A stretch of 64,000 nt of DNA from an uncultured bacterium (GCA_964416315.1 CAYQDR010000004.1:17147-81146), one strand, 5' to 3'; positions 10,091 to 21,594 are shown, counted from the first letter of the stretch. The notes: generated from the letters alone by a model not told the origin. A program made the numbers and translations.

Positions 10091-10401
10091 TCATACAGTA
10101 TGAACATCGACGACCGGGCCTTCGATCCGCGGGCCATCCAGATGCTCGCGGCCCTCATGGTGCGGAGAAGCCGTGAGCCGGTGAAGGAGGACGGGTCGTG
10201 AGTCGGGTCATGGTCGCCGAGGGAAGCGCGAGAGGGTCGCTCCCGGAAGCGACGCTCGACTCGCCCCCGGACTCGAGGACGCCTCGCTCACACCACGGAG
10301 TTGTCGACGGCCGGAACCCGGGCGTGACATGTCGTCCCGACAGGCGGTGAACATCCATGGGACGGATGCGCAGGTTCCATGAGCTTCGTCAGCAGCGCCG
10401 G

Positions 10402-10680
10402 ATGCTATGGATGGTGCACCAGCACGGCTGGGTCGTGGTGCCCGAGGAGATTGTGAACGCCTTCTCGAACGCGGGCTTCGAGGAATGCACGCGCAAGCCG
10501 ACGACGAGCCGGCTGGATCGCCTCCCGGCGGGCGGCCTGTGGCAAGGCGTCCACCCCCGCACGGGATCCGCCGCGCCGGCGACCTGGGTGAATCGTCCGG
10601 CGCGGCATTACACCCTCGTGTTCATCGAGGTCGATGGGGAGTCGCTCACGGGCGGCGACAACGTGCGGGGCGAGCCAGGG
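10402..10680 (+). pseudogene. possible 3' remnant of a class I SAM-dependent methyltransferase
   Basis: High GC3 (~88%) only over ...HGWVVVPEEIVNAFSNAGFEEC..., then it decays. No N-terminal domain. Confidence 0.25.
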
Positions 10681-11040
10681 CGTCCATCGGGCCGAGCGGG
10701 GCAGGATCCACGCCCGACCTTCCATGGCGCCACGACAGGAAACGGGGGGCAGCGGGAAAGCGAGCAGGCAGCGCATCCGAGATCGGAAGCCTGGGCGATA
10801 ACCTCCTGACTCCGCGTCTGCCTGGATCGCGCCTCACGCGGCGTCCGCGACCAAGTAGCCGGGGAGGGCTTCAGGATCGGCGCTGGTCGGCCCAGACGCC
10901 ACGTGCGGGATTTCGAAGCTCCAGGGATAATTGGCCGACGCCACCGAGGCCACCGGTGAGTCCCCCACAGTTGGACAAACGCGCCGAAGGGTCCCCCCTC
11001 GCCGCTCGCCCACGCGGCGCCCAGCGGACAGGCCCCTGAC

Positions 11041-14000
11041 ATGTCGGGATTGAGAGTCTCCGGGCGCCTCCGGGATGTGAGGGCGCCCGCCCCTTCCTCG
11101 GCGGCCATGCCCGAGTCCCCAGACCCCATCCGAGCGGAGCTCTTCAGCGCCGAAACGCTCGAGCAGCATGCGGAAGGCCTGGCAGGCCAGCGCGCCCTCG
11201 CCGAAGGCGGGGCCGGTCGGCCCCTGTCGCCGCGCGTGCGGGACAGCGGACGCGTCCTGGTCCAGTGTTATCGCGCGATCGCCGCGGTGATTCGAGAGGA
11301 AGCCGCCATCACTCCGGCCGCGGAGTGGTTCGTGGACAACTTCTACATCGTGGAGGACGTCCTGCGGGAGATCCGCGAGGACCTCCCGCCCGGGTTCTAC
11401 CGCCAGCTGCCAAAGCTCGTGGAAGGCCCGCTCGAGGGCTACCCCCGCGTCCTCGGCCTGGCCTGGGCCTTCGTCGCCCACACCGACAGCCGCTTCGAGC
11501 CCGAGACCCTCCAGCGCTTCGTCCGGCGCTTCCAGCGCGTGCAGCCGCTGACCATCGGTGAACTCTGGGCCGTCCCGATCGCCCTCCGGATGGTGCTCGT
11601 GGAGAACCTCCGGCGTCTGGCGGAGCGGATCGTGACGGGACGCGCGGCCCGCCATGACGCGGACGCGCTGGCGAACGAGTTGCTCGGGCTCGGCGGGCGA
11701 CCGGCGCAACCTCTGGCCTTCCAGCGGCTCGAGGCCGCCGCCTTGCCGGTCCCGTTCGCGGTCCAGCTGGTTCAGCGCCTGCGCGAGCAGGACCCCGAAT
11801 CGACGCCCGCGCTGCGATGGCTCGACGAACAGCTGTCGGCGGTGGGCACGTCGCCGGACGAGCTGGTGCGAGTGGAACACCAGGACCAGGCCGCGATGAA
11901 CGTGACGGTCCGCAACGTGATCACGAGTATGCGGACGATGACGACGTTCGACTGGGCGGCCTTCTTCGAGAGCGTCAGCCTGGTCGATGACATGCTGCGC
12001 GCCGACAGCTCCTTCGGCGCCATGGATTTCGCGACCCGCGACCGATACCGCCACGCGATCGAAGACCTGGCCCGAGGCTCCCGGCAGTCCGAACTCGACG
12101 TCGCCCGGCAGGCCATCGCCCGCGCCAAGCGCGCCGCGTCGGTTCCCCCGCCGTCCGCCGCCCCCCCTGCGGATCGATATCAAGATCCCGGCTACTACCT
12201 GATCTCCAAAGGGCGGCCGCTCTTCGAGAAGGAGATCGGCTACCGGGTCCCGGTACCGCGGCGGCTTCTTCGAGCCTACGTGGGCAGGGCGACGTCGAGC
12301 TATCTCGGCAGTATCGGCCTCGTCACGGGATTGCTCCTGGCCCTCCCTCTCCTCGCCGCGCATGCCGCCGGCGTGAGCCCCGTGGCCCTCGTCCTGCTGG
12401 GACTCGTCGCCCTGATCCCGGCCTCCGACCTCGCGGTCGCGCTCATCAATCGCGCCGTCACGGAGCTGCTCGGGCCGAGACCGCTGCCGCGCCTCGAGCT
12501 CCGCGACGGCATCCCGCCACCGCTGCGCACTCTCGTGGTGATGCCGACCCTGCTGACGAGCGACGCCGCGATCGAGGCGCACCTCGCTCGCCTGGAGATC
12601 CACTATCTCGCCAATCCGGACGGCGCCATCCACTTCGCCCTCCTCTCCGACTGGATGGACGCGCCCGCGGAGACCATGCCACAGGATGATCGGCTCCTGG
12701 CGCCGGCGATCGAGGGCATCGCGCGCCTCAACCGACGCCATGGTCCCGCTCCCGACGTGGGTGCCCGGTTCCTCTTGCTCCACCGCCGACGGGCCTGGAA
12801 TGCGGGGGAAGGCACGTGGATGGGGTGGGAGCGCAAGCGCGGGAAGCTCGACGAGCTCAACCGTCTTCTCCGCGGCGCGCAGGACACGACGTTCATGGCG
12901 ACGGGCGGACGGCCGCCCGACGTGCCCCCCGCCGTCCGCTACGTCATCACCCTCGATGCCGACACCCATCTGCCCCGAGGCGCCGCCATCCGCCTCGTCG
13001 GCACGATCGCCCATCCCCTCAACCGGCCGGCGTTCGATGCCCGGGTGGGCCGTGTCGTCGACGGGTACGCCGTGCTGCAGCCGCGGATCACGCCCACGAT
13101 GCCCGCCGATCGCGACACGTCCCGCTTCCAGCGGATCTACGCCGGCCCGGCCGGGATCGATCCCTACGCGGCCGCGATCTCCGACGTCTACCAGGATCTA
13201 TTCGGCGAGGGCTCGTACACCGGGAAGGGCATCTACGATGTGGGCGCGTTCGCCGCGGCCCTGGAGGGCCGCGTGCCCGAGAGCGCGCTCCTGAGCCACG
13301 ATCTCTTCGAGGGGCTCTTCGCCCGGGCGGGACTCGTCACCGACATCGAGCTCTTCGAGGAGTTCCCGACCGACTACGAGGTCGCCGCCGCCCGGCAACA
13401 CCGGTGGGCGCGCGGCGACTGGCAACTGCTCCCCTGGATCATCCGGGGAGACGCCGCGGCCACGAAACGTCGGCGATGGATCCCGCTCATCGGCCTGTGG
13501 AAGGTCGCCGACAATCTCCGACGGACCCTGTCGGCGCCGACCGCCTGGCTCACGCTCGTCGCGGGATGGACGCTCCCCCACAGCCCGCCCCTCGTGTGGA
13601 CGACGTTCGTGCTCGGCACGATCGCGCTCCCGGCTCTGGTGCCCGCGTTCGCCGAGGTGATCCCCAGACGCTCCGGAATCTCCAAGCGGACCCACCTCCG
13701 GGCCGTCGGACGGAGCTTCGCCCTCGCCGCATCCCAGATCGCGCTGGGGACGACGTTCCTCGCCCATCAGGCGTGGCTCATGAGCGACGCGATCGCGCGG
13801 ACGCTCGCCCGCCTGTATGTGACCCGCCGGCGGCTGCTCGAGTGGACGACCGCCGCGCAGGCCAAATCCGGACTGTCCGCCGACGTCACCGGCGTGTATC
13901 GGCGGATGGGCGGCGCGCTCCTCCTCGCCGTGGCGGCCGGGGCGCTCGTCGCCTTCGTGCGGCCGGCAAGCTGGGTGGTCGCCGCGCCGTTCGTCCTCCT

Positions 14001-17000
14001 CTGGGCACTCTCGCCGCTCGTCGCTCGATGGGTCAGTCGCCCACCGGGCGTCGATGCCGGGCAGCGTCTGTCTCCGCAGGATGCCAGGCTCCTCCGCTCG
14101 ACGGCACGCCGCACGTGGCGGTTCTTCGAGGCCTTCGTCGGCGCGAACGACACCTTCCTGGCGCCCGACAACTTCCAGGAAGACCCGAACCCGGTCCTCG
14201 CGCATCGCACGTCGCCGACCAACATCGGACTCTACCTTCTGTCAACGCTCGCCGCCCGCGATCTCGGCTGGCAGGGCACCCTCGATACCGTCGACCAGCT
14301 GGAGGCGACCCTCGCAACGATGCGTCGCCTCGAGCGCTTCCGGGGCCACTTCTACAACTGGTACGACACGACCGACCTCCGCCCGCTGGAGCCCCGCTAC
14401 GTGTCCACCGTGGACAGCGGAAATCTCGCGAGCCAGCTCCTCGTCCTCGGGAATGCCTGTCGCGGCGCGATCGATCGCCCGCTGCTCCACCGTGAGGCCT
14501 TTGCCGGGATCGAAGACGCCGTGCTGCTCGTCCACGAGGCGGCGAGCGCCCTCGCGGACGACCGGCGCACGCAAACGGTCACGCTCGGCCTTCTCGACCA
14601 GGCGCGCGAGGCCCTGGCCGGAACGCTCCGCGAGCCGCCGGTCACGCCGGCGGACTGGGCCGCCCGCCTCCGGCGGCTCGCCGTCCAGGCCGACGCACTT
14701 GTCGACATCGCGCGCACGTTGACGGCGGAGCGCGGCGACCACGAGGACTCCGACGTTCTGGCCTGGGCCCGGGCGGCACGGGCCACCATCGCGAGCCACG
14801 GCCGCGACCTCGAGACGATCGTGCCGTGGGCGCCGCACCTCCAGGCCGTCCTGGCCGATCTCGCCACCGCGTCGCCCGAGGCCGTGAGGGCGATCGGGAC
14901 CCTCCTCTCCTCGTCACCCACCCCCGCCGACTTGGCCGACCGGTGCCAAGCCGCGATTGATGACCTCACCACCCTTCGGGGGCGCCTGCCGCGCGACGAG
15001 GCCGCCGGTGGGGGTGCGATCGCACGCCTCGACGAGACCATCGGCCAGCTGGAGCGCTCCGCCGTGGCGTCCCGGACGCTCGTCCAGCGCCTGTCCACGG
15101 TCGCCCGGGTCACGAAGGAACTCTTCCACGCGACGGAGTTCGGTTTCCTCTTCGATCCCACTCGCAAGATCTTCTCGATCGGCTATCGCGTCACGGACGG
15201 CAGCCTCGATGCCGGTGGATACGACCTCCTCGCCTCCGAGGCGCGGCTGGCCAGCTTCATCGCGATTGCCAAGGGGGAGGTCCCGGTCTCGCACTGGTTC
15301 CGGCTCGGCCGCCCGATGACCCCGGTCGCGCTCGGGTCGGCGCTCGTCTCCTGGTCCGGCTCGATGTTCGAGTATCTGATGCCGGCGCTGGTCATGCACG
15401 CCCCGTCGGGCAGCCTCCTTCAGCAGACGTATCGCCTCGTCGTCCAACGGCAGATGAGCTACGGCGCCGAGCACGGGGTCCCCTGGGGGATCTCGGAATC
15501 GGCCTCCAACGTGCGCGATCTGGATCTGACCTACCAGTACTCGAACTTCGGGGTCCCGGGGCTGGGTCTCGAGCGGGGGCTCAGCGAGGACCTGGTCGTC
15601 GCACCCTACGCGAGCGCCCTGGCCGCGATGGTGGACCCGGGAGCCGCCGCTCGGAACCTGTCACGGCTCGTCGAGGCGGGGGCCCGGGGGCGGTATGGGT
15701 TTTACGAGGCGCTCGACTACACGAGATCGCGACTCCCGGAAGGGCAGCGGGTGGCGATCGTTCGCGCCTACATGGCGCACCACCAGGGCATGACGCTCGT
15801 CGCGCTGGCGAATGTCCTCCGCGATGGCGTGATGCGCGCCCGGTTCCACGGCGAACCCATCATCCAGGCCACCGAGCTGCTCCTGCAGGAGCGTGCGCCA
15901 CGGGACGTCGCGGTCGCGCGACCGCGCGTGGAGGAAGTGCAGGCGGCGGCCCACGCCCGCGACTTCGCGGCGCCGGTCTTCCGCCAATTCACATCACCGC
16001 ACGACGCGACCCCGCGGACGCACCTGCTCTCCAACGGGCGATATGCCGTGATGCTGACGACCGCGGGCTCGGGGTACAGCCGCTGCGCCGACCTCGGGAT
16101 CACGCGATGGCGCGAGGATGTCACCCGGGATCACTGGGGGACGTACCTCTTTCTGCGGGATGTCCAGAGCGGCGCGGTCTGGTCGGCCGGGTACCAGCCC
16201 ACCGGCGTGGAGCCGGACGCCTACAGGGTGACGTTCTCGGAAGACCGCGCAGAGTTCCATCGGCGCGACGGCGCGATCACGACCACGCTCGAGGTGCTGG
16301 TCTCTCCGGAAGACGACGCCGAGCTCCGCCGCGTCTCGATCACGAACCTCGGCGTACAGGCGCGAGAGATCGAGCTGACGTCCTACGCCGAGCTCGTGTT
16401 GGCGCCGCCGTCGGCGGATGCCGCGCACCCGGCCTTTTCCAGCCTCTTCGTCCAGACGGAATCGGTGGCCGACCTCGGTGCCCTGCTGGCGACCCGCCGC
16501 GTCCGGTCAGCGGCCGAGCCGTCCATCTGGGCAGCCCACATCGTCGTCGTCGAGGGTCAGTTCGGGGGCGGCGCCCAGTACGAGACCGACCGGGGACGGT
16601 TCCTCGGGCGGGGGCGGGGGACCCGCACGCCGATGTCGGTCATCGACGGCCGGCCCCTGTCGAACACGGCGGGCTCGGTGCTCGACCCGATCTTCAGCCT
16701 CCGACGGCGGGTCCGACTGGCACCGGGCGAGAGCGCCCGCCTCGTCTTCTCCACGCTCGTCGCCCCGTCGCGCGAAGGCGCCGTGGCGCTGGCCGACAAG
16801 TATCGCGACCCGGCGACCTTCGAGCGCACGGTCACCCTCGCCTGGACGCAGGCGCAGGTCCAGCTCCACCATCTCGGGGTCGAGACGGACGAGGCCCATC
16901 TCTTTCAAGAGCTGGCGAGTCGGATCCTCTACTCCGACCCGACGCTGCGGGCGTCTGTGGACGTGCTGAAGCGCAGCACGTCGGGGGCTTCGGCCCTCTG

Positions 17001-19860
17001 GGCCCACGGGATCTCCGGCGACCTCCCGGTCGTCCTCGTCCGCATCGACGAGCCGGAAGATCGAGGGATCGTCCGACAACTCCTCCGCGCTCACGAGTAC
17101 TGGCGCATGAAGGGGCTGGCGGTCGATCTCGTCATTCTGAACGAGAGGGCTCACTCGTATGCGGAGGAGCTCCAGACCGCCTTGGAGGCGCTGGTCCGGG
17201 CGAGCCAGTCGGCGTCACGCCATGAGCGGCACGAAACGCACGGGACCGTGTTCATCCTGCGGAAGGACCGCCTCCCGCCGACGGACCGCGGGGCCCTGCA
17301 CACGGCCGCCCGAGCCGTCCTCCTCAGTCGCCACGGCACGCTCGCGGAGCAGCTCGCGCGTGCCCGTCCAACCCCGGACGCGGTGAAGGCTCCCCGGCGC
17401 CGCCCGGTCGCGCCGGAGTCGTCCGTCGACGGGCCGCCTCCCCGCCCCGAATTCGAGTTCTTCAACGGCCTGGGGGGCTTCGTGGACGACGGTCGCGAGT
17501 ACGTCACCGTCCTCGGGGAGGGGCAATGGACGCCCGCGCCCTGGATCAACGTCGTCGCGAATCCCGGTTTCGGCTTTCAGGTCTCGGAGTCCGGCGCCGG
17601 ATACACCTGGTCGCTCAACAGTCGGGAGAATCAGCTGACGGCGTGGTCCAACGACCCGGTCAGCGACGCGCCGGGTGAGACGATCTATGTCCGGGATGAG
17701 GAGACCGGCGCGCTCTGGGGGCCGACCCTGCTCCCCATCCGAGAAGACCAGTGGCCGTACGTCGCCCGGCATGGCCAGGGCTACAGCCGCTTCGAGCACA
17801 CGTCCCACGGCATCACCCTCGATCTCCTCCAGTTCGTGCCGCTGGAGGACCCCGTGAAGATCTCCCGGCTGACGATCGAGAACCGATCCGGCAAGTCTCG
17901 GCGTCTCTCGGTGACCGCGTACGTCGAGTGGGTGCTGGGCGCCTCGCGAAGCGTCGCCGCGCCCTTCATCGTCACCGAGGTCGATCCGGAGACCGGGGCG
18001 CTGCTCGCACGCAACGCCTGGAACGCTGACTTCGGCGATCACGTCGCGTTCGCCGACCTCGGCGGTCGCCAGACCGCGTGGACCGGCGATCGCACGGAGG
18101 TGCTCGGTCGCAACGGAACGCTCGACCATCCCGCGCTGTTGGAGCGAGGGATACGCCCATCCGGCCGGGTCGGCGCCGGCCTCGATCCCTGCGCGGCCCT
18201 TCAGATCGTGATCGAGGTGCCGCCCGGCGGGCGTGAGGAGGTCGTGGTCTTCCTCGGCCAGGCCGCGACGCTCGCCGGGGCGCGCGCGTTGCTCACCCGC
18301 TATCGCGCGGCGGACCTCGACCGCACGTTGCACGCCGTCCGGACGCGATGGGATGACATCCTCGGTGCCATTCAGGTCAAGACGCCCGACCGGTCCGTGG
18401 ACATCCTGCTGAATCGCTGGCTCCTCTACCAGGCGCTCGCCTGCCGGGTCTGGGCCCGCTCCGCCTTCTATCAGGCCGGGGGCGCGTACGGCTTTCGCGA
18501 CCAGCTCCAGGACGTGATGGCCCTGACCGTCGCGCACCGGGACGTCGCGCGCGAGCACCTCCTCCGGGCCGCCGCCCGCCAGTTCGTGGAGGGCGACGTC
18601 CAGCACTGGTGGCATCCCCCATCCGGCCGGGGGGTCCGCACCCGGATCTCCGATGACCCGGTCTGGCTCCCCTGCGCCGTCACCCACTACGTCGAGGCCA
18701 CGGGCGATGCGACCGTGCTGGACGCGGTCGTGCCCTTCCTCGAGGGGCCGGCCCTGGAGAACGGGCAGTCCGACGCGTACTTCAAGCCGGCCGTCTCCGC
18801 CGAGCACGGCACGGTGTTCGAACACGCCGCTCGCGCGCTCGACCGGAGCCTCGCCGTCGGCGCGCGCGGCCTCCCCCTGATCGGCACCGGCGACTGGAAC
18901 GACGGGATGAACCGGGTCGGGCCCGCCGGGCGGGGGGAGAGCGTGTGGCTCGGCTGGTTCCTGCACACGACCCTCTGGGAGTTCGCGCGGTGGGCCGAGG
19001 CCCGCGGCGAACACGGGCGCGCCACCACCTGGCGCGCGCACGTGCGCGCCCTCAAGGCCGCGCTCGAACGCGAGGCATGGGACGGAGACTGGTATCGCCG
19101 CGCGTATTTCGACGACGGCACCCCCCTCGGGTCCGTCATCAACGCGGAATGTCGCATCGATTCGATCGCGCAGTCGTGGGCGGTGCTCTCCGGCGCCGCC
19201 GAGCCCGCCCGCGCGGCGCGCGCGATGGCGGCCGTCGAGGAGTATCTCGTTCGGCGAGGCCAGGAGCTGGTCCTGCTGTTCACGCCGCCGTTCGACCGCG
19301 CGCCCGTCGATCCCGGCTACATCAAAGCCTACCCCCCGGGCGTCCGCGAGAACGGCGGCCAGTATACCCATGCCGCGATCTGGGCGGTGATGGCGTTCGC
19401 CGCGCTCGGGGACGGCGACAAGGCCAACGAGCTCTTCTCGATCCTGAACCCCATCAACCGCACGAGCACCCGGGCCGGCGTCCATCGGTACCGAGTCGAG
19501 CCGTACGTCGCGGCCGCCGACGTCTATGCCGAGTCCCCGCACGTCGGCCGCGGGGGGTGGACGTGGTATACGGGGTCCGCCGGCTGGATGTACCGCGCCG
19601 GGGTCGAGTGGCTCCTCGGATTCCGGCTGCGCGGCGCGGTGCTCCACCTCGATCCCTGCATTCCGCGCGCGTGGCGACGCTTCGAGATCACGTTCCGCTA
19701 CCACGCCTCGCGGTATGAGATCACGGTCGAGAACCCGCGCGGGGTGACGCGTGGCATCTCCCGAGTCGAGGTCGACGGCACCCTCCTGGCGTCGGGCCGC
19801 GCGAGCGTCCCGCTCACCGATGACGGCGCGACGCGCCGCGTTCGCGTGGTCCTCGGGTGA
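11041..19860 (+). CDS. cgs: cyclic beta-1,2-glucan synthase (Cgs/NdvB/ChvB family: TM + GT84 + GH94 regions)
   Basis: 2939-aa ORF. Central RFQRIYAGPAGIDPYAAAISDVYQDLFGEGSYTGKGIYDV...WARGDWQL region and C-terminal GH94-like region. An alternative start ATG is at 11107. Confidence 0.85.
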   Translation: MSGLRVSGRLRDVRAPAPSSAAMPESPDPIRAELFSAETLEQHAEGLAGQRALAEGGAGRPLSPRVRDSGRVLVQCYRAIAAVIREEAAITPAAEWFVDNFYIVEDVLREIREDLPPGFYRQLPKLVEGPLEGYPRVLGLAWAFVAHTDSRFEPETLQRFVRRFQRVQPLTIGELWAVPIALRMVLVENLRRLAERIVTGRAARHDADALANELLGLGGRPAQPLAFQRLEAAALPVPFAVQLVQRLREQDPESTPALRWLDEQLSAVGTSPDELVRVEHQDQAAMNVTVRNVITSMRTMTTFDWAAFFESVSLVDDMLRADSSFGAMDFATRDRYRHAIEDLARGSRQSELDVARQAIARAKRAASVPPPSAAPPADRYQDPGYYLISKGRPLFEKEIGYRVPVPRRLLRAYVGRATSSYLGSIGLVTGLLLALPLLAAHAAGVSPVALVLLGLVALIPASDLAVALINRAVTELLGPRPLPRLELRDGIPPPLRTLVVMPTLLTSDAAIEAHLARLEIHYLANPDGAIHFALLSDWMDAPAETMPQDDRLLAPAIEGIARLNRRHGPAPDVGARFLLLHRRRAWNAGEGTWMGWERKRGKLDELNRLLRGAQDTTFMATGGRPPDVPPAVRYVITLDADTHLPRGAAIRLVGTIAHPLNRPAFDARVGRVVDGYAVLQPRITPTMPADRDTSRFQRIYAGPAGIDPYAAAISDVYQDLFGEGSYTGKGIYDVGAFAAALEGRVPESALLSHDLFEGLFARAGLVTDIELFEEFPTDYEVAAARQHRWARGDWQLLPWIIRGDAAATKRRRWIPLIGLWKVADNLRRTLSAPTAWLTLVAGWTLPHSPPLVWTTFVLGTIALPALVPAFAEVIPRRSGISKRTHLRAVGRSFALAASQIALGTTFLAHQAWLMSDAIARTLARLYVTRRRLLEWTTAAQAKSGLSADVTGVYRRMGGALLLAVAAGALVAFVRPASWVVAAPFVLLWALSPLVARWVSRPPGVDAGQRLSPQDARLLRSTARRTWRFFEAFVGANDTFLAPDNFQEDPNPVLAHRTSPTNIGLYLLSTLAARDLGWQGTLDTVDQLEATLATMRRLERFRGHFYNWYDTTDLRPLEPRYVSTVDSGNLASQLLVLGNACRGAIDRPLLHREAFAGIEDAVLLVHEAASALADDRRTQTVTLGLLDQAREALAGTLREPPVTPADWAARLRRLAVQADALVDIARTLTAERGDHEDSDVLAWARAARATIASHGRDLETIVPWAPHLQAVLADLATASPEAVRAIGTLLSSSPTPADLADRCQAAIDDLTTLRGRLPRDEAAGGGAIARLDETIGQLERSAVASRTLVQRLSTVARVTKELFHATEFGFLFDPTRKIFSIGYRVTDGSLDAGGYDLLASEARLASFIAIAKGEVPVSHWFRLGRPMTPVALGSALVSWSGSMFEYLMPALVMHAPSGSLLQQTYRLVVQRQMSYGAEHGVPWGISESASNVRDLDLTYQYSNFGVPGLGLERGLSEDLVVAPYASALAAMVDPGAAARNLSRLVEAGARGRYGFYEALDYTRSRLPEGQRVAIVRAYMAHHQGMTLVALANVLRDGVMRARFHGEPIIQATELLLQERAPRDVAVARPRVEEVQAAAHARDFAAPVFRQFTSPHDATPRTHLLSNGRYAVMLTTAGSGYSRCADLGITRWREDVTRDHWGTYLFLRDVQSGAVWSAGYQPTGVEPDAYRVTFSEDRAEFHRRDGAITTTLEVLVSPEDDAELRRVSITNLGVQAREIELTSYAELVLAPPSADAAHPAFSSLFVQTESVADLGALLATRRVRSAAEPSIWAAHIVVVEGQFGGGAQYETDRGRFLGRGRGTRTPMSVIDGRPLSNTAGSVLDPIFSLRRRVRLAPGESARLVFSTLVAPSREGAVALADKYRDPATFERTVTLAWTQAQVQLHHLGVETDEAHLFQELASRILYSDPTLRASVDVLKRSTSGASALWAHGISGDLPVVLVRIDEPEDRGIVRQLLRAHEYWRMKGLAVDLVILNERAHSYAEELQTALEALVRASQSASRHERHETHGTVFILRKDRLPPTDRGALHTAARAVLLSRHGTLAEQLARARPTPDAVKAPRRRPVAPESSVDGPPPRPEFEFFNGLGGFVDDGREYVTVLGEGQWTPAPWINVVANPGFGFQVSESGAGYTWSLNSRENQLTAWSNDPVSDAPGETIYVRDEETGALWGPTLLPIREDQWPYVARHGQGYSRFEHTSHGITLDLLQFVPLEDPVKISRLTIENRSGKSRRLSVTAYVEWVLGASRSVAAPFIVTEVDPETGALLARNAWNADFGDHVAFADLGGRQTAWTGDRTEVLGRNGTLDHPALLERGIRPSGRVGAGLDPCAALQIVIEVPPGGREEVVVFLGQAATLAGARALLTRYRAADLDRTLHAVRTRWDDILGAIQVKTPDRSVDILLNRWLLYQALACRVWARSAFYQAGGAYGFRDQLQDVMALTVAHRDVAREHLLRAAARQFVEGDVQHWWHPPSGRGVRTRISDDPVWLPCAVTHYVEATGDATVLDAVVPFLEGPALENGQSDAYFKPAVSAEHGTVFEHAARALDRSLAVGARGLPLIGTGDWNDGMNRVGPAGRGESVWLGWFLHTTLWEFARWAEARGEHGRATTWRAHVRALKAALEREAWDGDWYRRAYFDDGTPLGSVINAECRIDSIAQSWAVLSGAAEPARAARAMAAVEEYLVRRGQELVLLFTPPFDRAPVDPGYIKAYPPGVRENGGQYTHAAIWAVMAFAALGDGDKANELFSILNPINRTSTRAGVHRYRVEPYVAAADVYAESPHVGRGGWTWYTGSAGWMYRAGVEWLLGFRLRGAVLHLDPCIPRAWRRFEITFRYHASRYEITVENPRGVTRGISRVEVDGTLLASGRASVPLTDDGATRRVRVVLG

Positions 19861-20244
19861 GATCCGCCGAGCCAGGGCGCGAATCCCGCGCGGCAGCCAC
19901 CCCCCGTGCGTCACGCCGCTTGCTGGGTGGAGCGGTACTCGTCTATGATTGATTCGGCCACTCCTGAGGGGACGAATTCGCTCGTGAACGACGACCGTCT
20001 CTTCCACCCTCCTCTCCTCCGGGGCGCCGGACGGCGGGCCAGCGCGCCGGCCGGGCCCCCGACCAGAGCCAGGAAGGGCGAGTCGGTGCTCCGCAGATCG
20101 CCCGCGCCGGTCCCCCCGATCCCTGCCACAGTGCGCCGTCCGGCCCCGAAGGAGCAGTCGATTCGCACCGCCTGTCGAGAGACTGCGGTCGTGTCTGGGA
20201 CTTGGACGCCACGCCGTGGCGCAGCCGGGAGATGGCGGCTCGCC

Positions 20245-21594
20245 ATGTTGGGGCTGGCCGCGGTGCTCATGCTCGACGGTCCGGCCCCTGCCCAGCCTGC
20301 ACGGCCCGTGGTGTACGTGGCACCCGTCGAGGGAATGATCGACCTCGGGCTGGCCCCGTTCGTCCAGCGAGTCCTTGACGAGGCCACGGCGGCCCGCGCC
20401 GCGGCGGTCGTCCTGGAGATCAACACCTTCGGGGGGCGCGTAGACGCGGCCGTGTTGATCCGCGACGCGCTGCTGAGGGCGCGGGTCCCGACGGTGGCCT
20501 TCGTGAACAAGCGCGCCATCTCGGCCGGCGCTCTGATCAGCCTCGCGGCCGAGAAGATCGCCATGGCCGAGGGCGGGACAATCGGCGCCGCCACGCCGGT
20601 GCAGCTCGGGCAACCGGGCGGCCCGGCCCAGCCCGTGGCCGAAAAGACCGTGTCGTACATGCGCAAGGAGTTTCGCGCCACCGCCGAGAGCCGCGGGCGG
20701 CCGCCGCTCCTCGCCGAGGCGATGGTGGACGTTGACGTGGAGATCCCCGGCGTGATCGAGAAGGGGAAGCTCCTGACACTGACGACGGAGGAGGCCCTGC
20801 AGCACAAGGTCGCCGACATCCGCGCCGACAGCATCGAGGCCCTGCTGGAGTCCCTGGATCTCGCGGGCGCCGAGGTCCGCCGCGTCTCCGAGACCTGGGC
20901 CGAGACGCTGGTGCGCTTCCTGACGCACCCCGTGCTGAGCTCGCTCCTCATCACCCTGGGCATCCTCGGCATCATCGTGGAGTTGCGGACGCCGGGCTTC
21001 GGCGTGCCGGGCGTCCTGGGCATCGCCAGCCTTACGCTCTTCTTCTGGGGCCACTGGCTGGTCCGCCTGGCCGGCTGGGAGGAAGGGCTCCTGGTCGGGA
21101 TCGGGCTCGTGCTCCTGGCGCTGGAGATGTTCGTGGTCCCGGGCTTCGGGCTGACCGGCCTCCTCGGCATCGCGGCCCTCGTCGCCGGGCTGGGGCTCAG
21201 CCTGGTGGGCGCCGGGGCCACATGGGCGGCCGTCGTGACGGCGGCCGGACGGGTCGCCGTATCGCTGCTGCTCGCGTTGGCCGGGGCCCTGGCCCTGTTC
21301 CGGCTCCTACCGCGCCTGCCGGTCGGGCGCCGAATGGTCCTGACGACCGAGCTTCAGGCACGCGAGGGATTCGCGTCGGCGACCGAGGCGGACCGCCGTC
21401 TCGTCGGCAAACACGGGACGGCGGTCTCGCCGTTGCGGCCGGCCGGGATCGCGCTCATCGAAGGCGCCCGGGTGGACGTGGTATCCGATGGAGAGTTCAT
21501 CGAGGCGGGAACGCCCATCGAGGTGGTCCGGGTGGACGGCAATCGCGTTGTCGTCCGCCGGTCCACGCCACCCGCCGAAAGGAGCGAGCCATGA
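20245..21594 (+). CDS. nfeD: NfeD-family membrane-bound serine protease (ClpP-class)
   Basis: Signal peptide [12 protein letters not shown], ClpP-like domain, C-terminal TM region and OB fold. The upstream in-frame 113 codons have poor GC3. Confidence 0.8.
   Translation: MLGLAAVLMLDGPAPAQPARPVVYVAPVEGMIDLGLAPFVQRVLDEATAARAAAVVLEINTFGGRVDAAVLIRDALLRARVPTVAFVNKRAISAGALISLAAEKIAMAEGGTIGAATPVQLGQPGGPAQPVAEKTVSYMRKEFRATAESRGRPPLLAEAMVDVDVEIPGVIEKGKLLTLTTEEALQHKVADIRADSIEALLESLDLAGAEVRRVSETWAETLVRFLTHPVLSSLLITLGILGIIVELRTPGFGVPGVLGIASLTLFFWGHWLVRLAGWEEGLLVGIGLVLLALEMFVVPGFGLTGLLGIAALVAGLGLSLVGAGATWAAVVTAAGRVAVSLLLALAGALALFRLLPRLPVGRRMVLTTELQAREGFASATEADRRLVGKHGTAVSPLRPAGIALIEGARVDVVSDGEFIEAGTPIEVVRVDGNRVVVRRSTPPAERSEP

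Noticed and set aside
10834-13014. 726-aa minus-strand ORF overlapping the cgs 5' region
   Set aside because: Low-complexity translation with no motifs. It lies antisense to the cgs gene, whose coding bias is strong.
17215-21054. 1279-aa minus-strand ORF across the cgs 3' end and nfeD
   Set aside because: Antisense artefact. It spans an intergenic region and two plus-strand genes.
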